Below are positions 18,428 through 25,735 of a DNA stretch of 64,000 bases, in pieces. The stretch lies in contig CALRDN010000002.1 in assembly GCA_943354965.1 (NCBI GenBank), forward strand, positions 38,029 through 102,028. Direction: 5' to 3'. A program made the translations under genes and the position numbers. Numbering within the stretch: position 1 is the first letter of the stretch; every line of letters begins with the position of its first letter. The notes beneath the pieces were generated by a model that saw only the letters and a list, made by a program, of their open reading frames with translations, did not search any database and had not been told where the DNA came from. The DNA comes from Candidatus Peribacteria bacterium (GTDB lineage Bacteria; Patescibacteriota; Gracilibacteria; UBA1369; UBA12463).

Positions 18428-19017
18428 AAAAAACCGCACCACACCAATCATCACCATCAACTTGCATCTCCGTTTCAGGAGCCCCGGGATCTTTCTCAGA
18501 AGAAGCCGCGCTGCTCTACGCGCAACGCCACGCCATCGCCAATCCGAAAATAGTCTTCTCAATCGACATGGAGGGAGTCCTCACATCACTCGACAAAAAA
18601 CAATCAGACATTGGAATTTTCCCAGTTGTAAATTCAAGAGGTGGCCTCGTACAAACTGCATTTAAAGCTATGGGAAAGCACGTATTCACCTACACGGACG
18701 AACTCTGGCTCGAAGTCTACCAATGCCTCATGACATTACCCGGCACCACCAAAAAGCAGATCAAAAAAATAGCGAGCCACCCACAAGCGCTATCACAATG
18801 CGAACGATACATCAGAAAAGAATTTCCAAACGCCAAACTCATCGAATGGGAAGACACAGCGAAGGCCGCAGCAGACCTCAGCAAAGGCAAATTATCAAAA
18901 GACACAGCCGTCATCGCACCAGCTCGATCTGCACAAATCTATGATCTCAAACTCATCGAAAAAGGCATTCAAGACAATCATCCCAACCTCACAACATTTA
19001 TCGCCGTCACAAAATAA
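18424..19017 (+). CDS. pheA: prephenate dehydratase catalytic domain only (no ACT domain)
   Basis: GAPGSFSEEAA, SHPQALSQC, and an ending ..NLTTFIAVTK right after the TRF-like motif. It is 197 aa. ATGA overlap with the aroC stop. Confidence 0.8.
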   Translation: MKKTAPHQSSPSTCISVSGAPGSFSEEAALLYAQRHAIANPKIVFSIDMEGVLTSLDKKQSDIGIFPVVNSRGGLVQTAFKAMGKHVFTYTDELWLEVYQCLMTLPGTTKKQIKKIASHPQALSQCERYIRKEFPNAKLIEWEDTAKAAADLSKGKLSKDTAVIAPARSAQIYDLKLIEKGIQDNHPNLTTFIAVTK

Positions 19018-19018
19018 C

Positions 19019-20005
19019 ATGAACAACAAGCCAACATTCGGCATCATCGGATTCGGACGTTTCGGAAAATTATGGGCTCAGGCCATAGAGCCATTTGGCG
19101 AAGTAAAAATTTTCGACAAGAAAAACAAGAAAAATTCACTCCTCGATACCATCAATTGCGACCTTGTTTTTCTCCTCGTTCCCATATCGGAAATGCAGTC
19201 CATCTGCAAAAAAATCGCACCACACCTCAAGCAAAACACTATCGTTATTGATGCCTGTTCCGTCAAAACACATCCGGTAAAAATGATGAAGAAATGGCTT
19301 CCTTCCAAACAGCCAATCATTGCCACGCATCCCCTGTTCGGCCCGGACTCTATTCAAAAAAATGGCTTAGCCAAGCAAAAAATAGTCATCAGTACTATTC
19401 GCGCCACCAAAGAAGAATTGGAAAAATTTGAAAGTCTTCTCAAGAAACTCCATCTCGAAATTCTCAAAACAACACCGCAAGAACACGACAAACAGATGGC
19501 GAAATCACAGGCACTTGTACATCTTCTCGGACGCGCCCTCGCGAAACTTCATCTCAAGCCGCAGGAAATTTCTACACCTGACTATCAAACACTCATACAG
19601 ATTAACAATATGGTGAATAATGACACGTGGGAGCTGTTTTATGATATGCAAAGAAAGAATCCATACGCAAAAAATATTCGAAAAGCACTCATACGCGCAC
19701 TACAGCAGTTTGAAAGCACTATTCAAGAAGGCCCGAAGAAATTCAAACCAACTATCACCTCCCTTCGTAAGAAAATAAACACCCTGGACAAAGAAATAAT
19801 CGAAACTATCAGCAAAAGATTATCAATAGTGGAGGAAATCGGAGCCCTCAAAAAACAGCAGCAAATAAAGATAAAAGACAGTACTCGTGAAAATAAACTT
19901 CACAATCTTCACGAAACTCTGGCAAAAAAGAAACACATCGACCCAAAAACAATTCACCACATATTCACCCTCCTCATGAAGGAGTCACGCCGCGCACAAT
20001 TATGA
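19019..20005 (+). CDS. tyrA: prephenate dehydrogenase fused to C-terminal AroQ-class chorismate mutase
   Basis: Rossmann motif FGIIGFGRFGKLW and HPLFGP. The C-terminal ~90 aa (LRKKINTLDKEIIETISKRLSIVEEIGALK..) are helical chorismate-mutase-type. Confidence 0.8.
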   Translation: MNNKPTFGIIGFGRFGKLWAQAIEPFGEVKIFDKKNKKNSLLDTINCDLVFLLVPISEMQSICKKIAPHLKQNTIVIDACSVKTHPVKMMKKWLPSKQPIIATHPLFGPDSIQKNGLAKQKIVISTIRATKEELEKFESLLKKLHLEILKTTPQEHDKQMAKSQALVHLLGRALAKLHLKPQEISTPDYQTLIQINNMVNNDTWELFYDMQRKNPYAKNIRKALIRALQQFESTIQEGPKKFKPTITSLRKKINTLDKEIIETISKRLSIVEEIGALKKQQQIKIKDSTRENKLHNLHETLAKKKHIDPKTIHHIFTLLMKESRRAQL

Positions 20006-21171
20006 AATTTTCCACAAAAGTACAAATCCCACCATCAGCAACGGTTACTATTAACTCAATAGCACAGCAAAAAAAGCTCGCAGGAGAGCGCATATTCAAC
20101 CTCAGTGCTGGCGAACCCATGATGAACACGGCGCAATATTTAGAAAAAGCAGTCCAAGACGCCATGCAAAATGGCCGAACGCTCTACCCGCCCGTCGCAG
20201 GGCTTCTCGATCTCCGAGAAAAGGCATCGCAGTGGATGAACACCAATTACAAAACAAATTACACGGCAAAAAATACGCTCATCACCTGTGGTGGTAAATT
20301 CGGCATATACCTGTCACTTCAGGCACTTCTCAACGACGACGATGAAGTGATTATTATCGCCCCATATTGGGTATCCTACCCATCCATGGTCAGTCTCTTC
20401 GGCGGAAAACCCGTAATTATCACAACAGAAGAAAATAATCAGTGGAAAATAAAACCTGAGGATATTCAACAAGCCTGCACCGAAAAAACAAAGATGCTCA
20501 TTCTCAACAACGCCTCGAATCCAACCGGCACACTCTATACAAAAGAAGAATTGATGTTAATACTCAAGGTAGCAAAAGAAAAAAACATCATCGTGCTTTC
20601 CGACGAGGTTTACAGCGGACTTACCTACGACGCCAAAACGTATACATCCTGCGCCTCACTCGAAAAAGACAACGACAATCTCATCGTTATTCAAAGTTGT
20701 TCCAAGAACTTCGGCATGACCGGCTGGCGAGTTGGATTTGTATTTGGATCGGAAAATCTCATAAAAATGCTCACAAAAATTCAAGGTCAAAGCATCACGG
20801 GAACGAGTATTATAAGCCAATATGCCGCAATAGCCGCCATCGAACAATCAGAAAAAATCACAGCCGAAATTCAACAGGAAATGCAATCACGCCGCGACAT
20901 ATTCACCTTCACCTTCAACGAACTATTCCGCGCAAATGTCTCTCAACCGCAATCATCACTCTACCATTTCATTCCTCTCTCTGCATTTGGAATAAAAAAT
21001 AATGATGACATTGCATTTTGCGAACAAGTATTAACAAACGCCAATATAGCACTTGTACCAGGATCCGCATTTGGCTGCGCAGGATACATAAGAACTTCCT
21101 TCGGTGCAAATAAAAATGAATTAATAGATAGTATACAAGCACTCGCCTCTCATCTCGGGTTTTCAGCTTAG
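20002..21171 (+). CDS. class I/II pyridoxal-phosphate aminotransferase (probable aromatic/aspartate aminotransferase)
   Basis: PLP-lysine context SCSKNFGMTGWRVGF and NNASNPTG. ATGA overlap with the tyrA stop. It is the last gene of the aro operon. Confidence 0.8.
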   Translation: MKFSTKVQIPPSATVTINSIAQQKKLAGERIFNLSAGEPMMNTAQYLEKAVQDAMQNGRTLYPPVAGLLDLREKASQWMNTNYKTNYTAKNTLITCGGKFGIYLSLQALLNDDDEVIIIAPYWVSYPSMVSLFGGKPVIITTEENNQWKIKPEDIQQACTEKTKMLILNNASNPTGTLYTKEELMLILKVAKEKNIIVLSDEVYSGLTYDAKTYTSCASLEKDNDNLIVIQSCSKNFGMTGWRVGFVFGSENLIKMLTKIQGQSITGTSIISQYAAIAAIEQSEKITAEIQQEMQSRRDIFTFTFNELFRANVSQPQSSLYHFIPLSAFGIKNNDDIAFCEQVLTNANIALVPGSAFGCAGYIRTSFGANKNELIDSIQALASHLGFSA

Positions 21172-21249
21172 ACAAGCCAAAATTGAATTTACATATTTTC
21201 ACAAATATGTCGCAGCAGCACCTTTTTGGCACAAACTACACAAATTCTC

Positions 21250-21277
21250 TTGCAAAAGAATTTTGCAAAATTATAAT
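21250..21277 (+). promoter_or_regulatory. promoter TTGCAA-N16-TATAAT for the HU gene, overlapped by the palindrome TTGCAAAA-gaa-TTTTGCAA
   Basis: -35 at 21250-21255 and -10 at 21272-21277. A perfect 8+8 inverted repeat (21250-21257 / 21261-21268) covers the -35 and the spacer. Confidence 0.5.
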
Positions 21278-21367
21278 GCTGGTGAATTAAGCGATGTGTA
21301 CGGTGTTTTAAACACTCTCCATATCTCAACATTCAAAAATATTATTTCTTTTTAACCCAATCATCCT

Positions 21368-21643
21368 ATGACAAAACAGGATTTGGTAAACTCCGCTTCT
21401 AACGTCGCAAGCGTTACGAAGAAAGCAGCTGCAGAGGTTCTCGATGCAGTTCTTGCTCACATCACTAAGTCACTCAAGCGTGGCGAAAGTGTAACAATCA
21501 CTGGTTTTGGAACATTCCGTGTTTCAAAGAGACAGGCTCGAACAGGTGTTAACCCACGAAACCCATCACAGAAGATCAAGATCCCAGCTATGAAGCTTCC
21601 AGCTTTCAAGGCCGGCAAATCTCTTAAGGATGCAGTTCGTTAA
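21368..21643 (+). CDS. hup: HU family DNA-binding protein
   Basis: 91 aa. GFGTFRVSKRQARTGVNPRNPSQKIKIPAMKLPAFKAGKSLK is the canonical HU arm. Confidence 0.9.
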   Translation: MTKQDLVNSASNVASVTKKAAAEVLDAVLAHITKSLKRGESVTITGFGTFRVSKRQARTGVNPRNPSQKIKIPAMKLPAFKAGKSLKDAVR

Positions 21644-21666
21644 ATCGATCTCGATTTCAACTATTA

Positions 21667-21696
21667 AACCCGCCCCCATAAAGGGCGGGTTTTTTG
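21667..21696 (+). terminator. intrinsic terminator after the HU gene
   Basis: aacccgccc (21667-21675), loop ccataaa, gggcgggtt, followed by a T-run. Confidence 0.8.
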
Positions 21697-21758
21697 TTAC
21701 GCAAACTATTGAAAAAAAATGAAGCATCGGGAGGTACCTTCAAACACCTCATTTTGAA

Positions 21759-21824
21759 ATGCTCACGAATTGCTAGCACCATGAGGTACAAATGCTAAGG
21801 AATTGCTAAGAAGATGCTAAGGAT
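21759..21824. repeat. six tandem 11-bp units (WTGCTAAGRAD-like) upstream of pheS
   Basis: Units start at 21759, 21770, 21781, 21792, 21803 and 21814: atgctcacgaa / ttgctagcacc / atgaggtacaa / atgctaaggaa / ttgctaagaag / atgctaaggat. Confidence 0.6.
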
Positions 21825-21884
21825 CCAAAAACACTATAAAAAGAAGGTGGAACCGGCTACGGAAACGCGGTACAATGAACCGGC

Positions 21885-22925
21885 ATGAAAGATCTAATCT
21901 TACAACTCGTCAAAGAGGCGACACTAGAAATAAACAACACGACAACTCCCGCACAACTCGAGGAGCTCAGAATTAAATATTTGGGACGCAAAGGATCATT
22001 CACGAATGTAATGCAGAACCTGAAAAGTGTTCCAAATGAAGAAAAACCAGCCATCGGGCAAGCGCTCAACGCAGCCAAAAATGAACTTGAGCAACATCTG
22101 ACCACTAAACAAAAAACATTAGAAGAAGAAGTTCTCAAGCAGCAACTCTCCGACGACTCATTCGACACAACCCGTCCAGGAACACACTATGAAACCGGGC
22201 ATATTCATCCACTTTCGCAGGTACAAAAAGAAGTGGAAGAAATTTTCAGTCAGATGGGATTTGCCATTCAGGATGGACCAGAGATTGAATCGGAATATTA
22301 CAACTTTGAGGCATTGAACGTACCAAAAGATCACCCTGCTCGAGATATGCAGGATACGTTTTTCTTGGCTGATAAGTCGCATGATCATCATGGAAGAATG
22401 GTTTTGCGCACGCAAACATCACCAGTACAAATCCGAACCATGGAGAAATTTGGTGCACCACTACGTGTCATTGTACCAGGAAGAGTATTCCGCTATGAAG
22501 CGACCGATGCCTCACACGACTCAACCTTTTATCAAGTAGAGGGACTCCTGATCGATAAAAATATTTCCCTCGCAAATTTAAAAGGAGTGATGACGGAATT
22601 TCTCACACGACTCTTCAAAAAAGAAACAAAGGTGCGATTCCGACCAGGATATTTCCCCTTCGTAGAGCCAGGAATCGAGCTCGATATGTGGTGCCTCTTA
22701 TGCAGCGGAATGGGTTGCCGAGTCTGCAAACACACCGGATGGATGGAGTTCATGGGTGCCGGAATGGTACATGCGAATGTACTAAAAGCCGGCGGCATCG
22801 ACCCGGAAGTATACCAGGGCTGGGCATTCGGATTCGGCCTCACCCGTCTCGTGATGATGAAATATGGTATTGATGATATCCGCTTACTGATGGGCGGCGA
22901 CCTTAGATTCTTAGAACAATTTTAA
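21885..22925 (+). CDS. pheS: phenylalanyl-tRNA synthetase alpha subunit
   Basis: Class II motifs HPARDMQDTF, FRPGYFPFVEPG and GAGMVHANVL. A TACAAT box lies at 21871-21876, 8 nt upstream of the ATG. Confidence 0.95.
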   Translation: MKDLILQLVKEATLEINNTTTPAQLEELRIKYLGRKGSFTNVMQNLKSVPNEEKPAIGQALNAAKNELEQHLTTKQKTLEEEVLKQQLSDDSFDTTRPGTHYETGHIHPLSQVQKEVEEIFSQMGFAIQDGPEIESEYYNFEALNVPKDHPARDMQDTFFLADKSHDHHGRMVLRTQTSPVQIRTMEKFGAPLRVIVPGRVFRYEATDASHDSTFYQVEGLLIDKNISLANLKGVMTEFLTRLFKKETKVRFRPGYFPFVEPGIELDMWCLLCSGMGCRVCKHTGWMEFMGAGMVHANVLKAGGIDPEVYQGWAFGFGLTRLVMMKYGIDDIRLLMGGDLRFLEQF

Positions 22926-22927
22926 AT

Positions 22928-25390
22928 ATGAAGATTTCCCTAAACTGGCTCAAAAAATTCGTAGAAATTCCTGAAAATGTAACAGCACAAGAGCTGGCGC
23001 ATCTCTTTACGATTAGAGCCGCAGAGGTAGAAGGAGTGCTCAGTGAAGGCGAGCTACTGCGCAATATCGTCGTAGGACAGATTACATCCCTCGCACAACA
23101 TCCAAACGCCGACAAACTAAGAGTTACCCAAACCAACGTCGGAAAAGAAACGTTACAAATTGTCTGTGGAGCAAAAAATATCAAAGAAGGCATGTTTGTA
23201 GTTGTCGCATTACCGGGCAGTCAGGTTCGTTGGCATGGCGAGGGAGACTTAATCACATTAGAAAAAACACAACTTCGCGGCATAGATAGCCACGGAATGA
23301 TATGTGGTGCCGACGAGGTTGGGCTACCGCCACCATCAAATCCAGCAGATGACGTACCGGATTTAGCAACCTATGAACTTACAAAAGATTATGTACTCGA
23401 GCCAGGAATGCCACTCGCAGCGCTCCTCAATAAAAACGATGTGATTCTCGAAATTGATAATAAATCCCTCACGCACCGACCGGACCTGTGGGGACACTAT
23501 GGCATCGCCCGAGAAATGGCCGCCATCTATAATACAAAACTCAAGCCATACGAAAAAGCGGTTTCATTAGCCAAAGAAAAGGATATTCCAACTGCGCAAT
23601 CCCCTCTCAATATTACCATCATAGACAAGGAAATCTGTCCTCGATTCACCTCATGTATTATTAAAAACATAAAAGTAAAAGAGTCACCGGAATGGTTAAA
23701 ACAGGATTTAATCAAAGTCGGAGTACGTCCCGTAAATAACATTGTCGACATCACCAATCACGTCATGCTCGGGCTCGGACAACCGATGCACGCCTATGAT
23801 AGAAAAATGGTAGAAACAGATACGCTCGAAGTACGATATGCCAAAAAGGGCGAGTTCATCGAGACCATTGACCATAAACATCACAACCTCTCAGAAGAAG
23901 ATCCAATTATTACGAACGGCAAACACGTACTCACGATTGCGGGAGTAATGGGTGGAGCCTATTCAGAGATTTCCGAACATACGACAGAAATAATTCTCGA
24001 GAGTGCGAACTGGCAACCGGCAGTAGTACGAAAAGCATCACAGCGTAATGGTTTACGAACCGAAGCCGTACAGCGTTTCGAAAAATCCATCGATTCAGAG
24101 ATGGCAATCACCGGACTTCTTCGCGCAATAGCACTGGTCAAAAAGCTCTGCCCAAAGGCAGAATTAGAGGGTGGCCTGATCGATGACTACTCGGAAAAAG
24201 TAGCGACAAAAGTGATCGTGGTTCGACCCGAACGCATTCAGCAAAAGATTGGAGCGATCGTGACGACCAATGAGATGAAGGACATTCTTAAACGATTAGG
24301 ATTTGGCGTTGCTTCTGCTCCGAACAAATCACTTTCAATCACAGTGCCTTCTTGGCGCGCGACCAAAGACATCGCCACTGAAGACGACATAGTAGAAGAA
24401 GTCGCGCGCATGCACGGCTACGAAAACATCCCTACTCCTCTCCCAACCCTTCCCACCAAACTCCCCGAAGAAAACATTCTTCGCACCCTCGAACACAAAT
24501 CCCGTGCCATTCTTTCAGGACTTCTCAATATGAATGAGGTCTACAACTACTCATTCTATAGCGGAGCCGATCTCACAAATGCACTCCTTCCAAATGAACT
24601 TCACCTCAAACCCCAGAACTTCCTCTCAACCGACCAAACTCACTTACGAATATCACTCGTTCCTAACCTTCTCAAAAACATTCACGACAATCTTCGCTTC
24701 AAAAAGAGCTTCAATATCTATGAAATCGGCCACACCTACAACGAAGAACACGAGTTCTTCCCACGTGAAGATGTCTGGATTACCGGCGCCATCGTGACCA
24801 ACACAACCGAAAATCCAAACGCAATCCCCCTTCTCGATGCTAAAGGAATCACGGAAAATTTCCTGCAAAATATTGGCGCACCTACGCAGGAGTGGAAGAA
24901 AGTCGTATCAACACTACAACTTGCTCATCCCCACAACTCCCTCACCATGTTCTCGCCTGCAGAAAATTTAATAGCCCGTTGCTACGATCTCAATCCTCTT
25001 ATCACCAAAAACTTCGACCTCGAAGGACCGCACAAGATAGCCATATTCGAGCTAAACCTCTCTCAGCTTTCTCAAGAAAAACTCCTCGAAAGAAAATATC
25101 ATCCAATCCCTCGTCACCCTGGCATCGAGTTCGACCTCGCTATTCTCATCGACAAAAAAACTCCATCTATTCAACTCAAAAAAGCCATCGAAAATGCCAT
25201 GCCCGAGCTCATCCAATCCGCCACACTCTTCGATCAGTACGAAGGCCAAAACGTCGACCCTGCCAAAAAATCCCTCGCCTACCGCATCCTCCTACAATCC
25301 CCCGACCGCACCCTCACCGACGACGACCTAACCAAAGCCCAAAAAGCCATCACAGAAAACATCACCGCCATAGGGGGCTCCATTCGATAA
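22928..25390 (+). CDS. pheT: phenylalanyl-tRNA synthetase beta subunit
   Basis: N-terminal tRNA-binding domain MKISLNWLKKF.., plus B3/4, B5 and FDX-ACB-like regions. It starts 2 nt after pheS. Confidence 0.95.
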   Translation: MKISLNWLKKFVEIPENVTAQELAHLFTIRAAEVEGVLSEGELLRNIVVGQITSLAQHPNADKLRVTQTNVGKETLQIVCGAKNIKEGMFVVVALPGSQVRWHGEGDLITLEKTQLRGIDSHGMICGADEVGLPPPSNPADDVPDLATYELTKDYVLEPGMPLAALLNKNDVILEIDNKSLTHRPDLWGHYGIAREMAAIYNTKLKPYEKAVSLAKEKDIPTAQSPLNITIIDKEICPRFTSCIIKNIKVKESPEWLKQDLIKVGVRPVNNIVDITNHVMLGLGQPMHAYDRKMVETDTLEVRYAKKGEFIETIDHKHHNLSEEDPIITNGKHVLTIAGVMGGAYSEISEHTTEIILESANWQPAVVRKASQRNGLRTEAVQRFEKSIDSEMAITGLLRAIALVKKLCPKAELEGGLIDDYSEKVATKVIVVRPERIQQKIGAIVTTNEMKDILKRLGFGVASAPNKSLSITVPSWRATKDIATEDDIVEEVARMHGYENIPTPLPTLPTKLPEENILRTLEHKSRAILSGLLNMNEVYNYSFYSGADLTNALLPNELHLKPQNFLSTDQTHLRISLVPNLLKNIHDNLRFKKSFNIYEIGHTYNEEHEFFPREDVWITGAIVTNTTENPNAIPLLDAKGITENFLQNIGAPTQEWKKVVSTLQLAHPHNSLTMFSPAENLIARCYDLNPLITKNFDLEGPHKIAIFELNLSQLSQEKLLERKYHPIPRHPGIEFDLAILIDKKTPSIQLKKAIENAMPELIQSATLFDQYEGQNVDPAKKSLAYRILLQSPDRTLTDDDLTKAQKAITENITAIGGSIR

Positions 25391-25397
25391 ATAAAGC

Positions 25398-25635
25398 ATG
25401 ATATCACCTGCGCCCCAGTAGGGGCAGTTCAGCAGAATAGTCCCTCGGGGGTGTCCCTTGGGGGATATACATTGGCGGAGTTCTGAGGATATATTCTACC
25501 CTACTTTCAATAGGATATCGTACGATATACAAACCCATAGCAAGTTGATACTAAAATGCTATCAAATTGATATCCTTTTAAAAGTGACCAAAAGGAACAC
25601 CTCCAGGGGCGCGAAAGGATATCGCCTGATATCAT
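25398..25635. other. palindrome-rich intergenic element with eight GATAT(C) cores, bounded by inverted repeats (structured RNA, MITE-like element or protein-binding array)
   Basis: ATGATATCA (25398-25406) is complementary to TGATATCAT (25627-25635), and GCGCCCC (25410-25416) to GGGGCGC (25606-25612). GATAT cores start at 25400, 25464, 25488, 25514, 25524, 25569, 25618 and 25628. A perfect 14-bp palindrome ATATCGTACGATAT lies at 25515-25528. Confidence 0.5.
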
Positions 25636-25735
25636 CCCATCCCACCCCTCGACAAAGCTGACTCATAAATGTACAATCCAGAAGGTAACCAACCGCGACC
25701 AGAAGCGTATAGAGTAGAGGAATATTCAACCACCA

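Noticed and set aside
21191-21210. AT-rich hairpin ACATATTT-tcac-AAATATGT after the aminotransferase gene as the operon terminator
   Set aside because: It is a perfect 8-bp stem, but it is all A/T apart from one C:G pair and is not followed by a T-run. That is too weak to call an intrinsic terminator.
21697-21884. T-box riboswitch or Phe-rich leader peptide (pheM-like) upstream of pheS; likewise a T-box upstream of argS (6914-7036)
   Set aside because: There is no conserved T-box sequence, no specifier/antiterminator architecture and no terminator hairpin before either gene. The mini-ORFs in the pheS leader contain essentially no Phe codons (one, as the last residue of an 11-aa ORF).
24892-25401. 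169-aa Arg/His/Pro/Ser-rich plus-strand ORF
   Set aside because: It is an alternative frame inside the strongly supported pheT coding region, and its composition is typical of an off-frame artefact.
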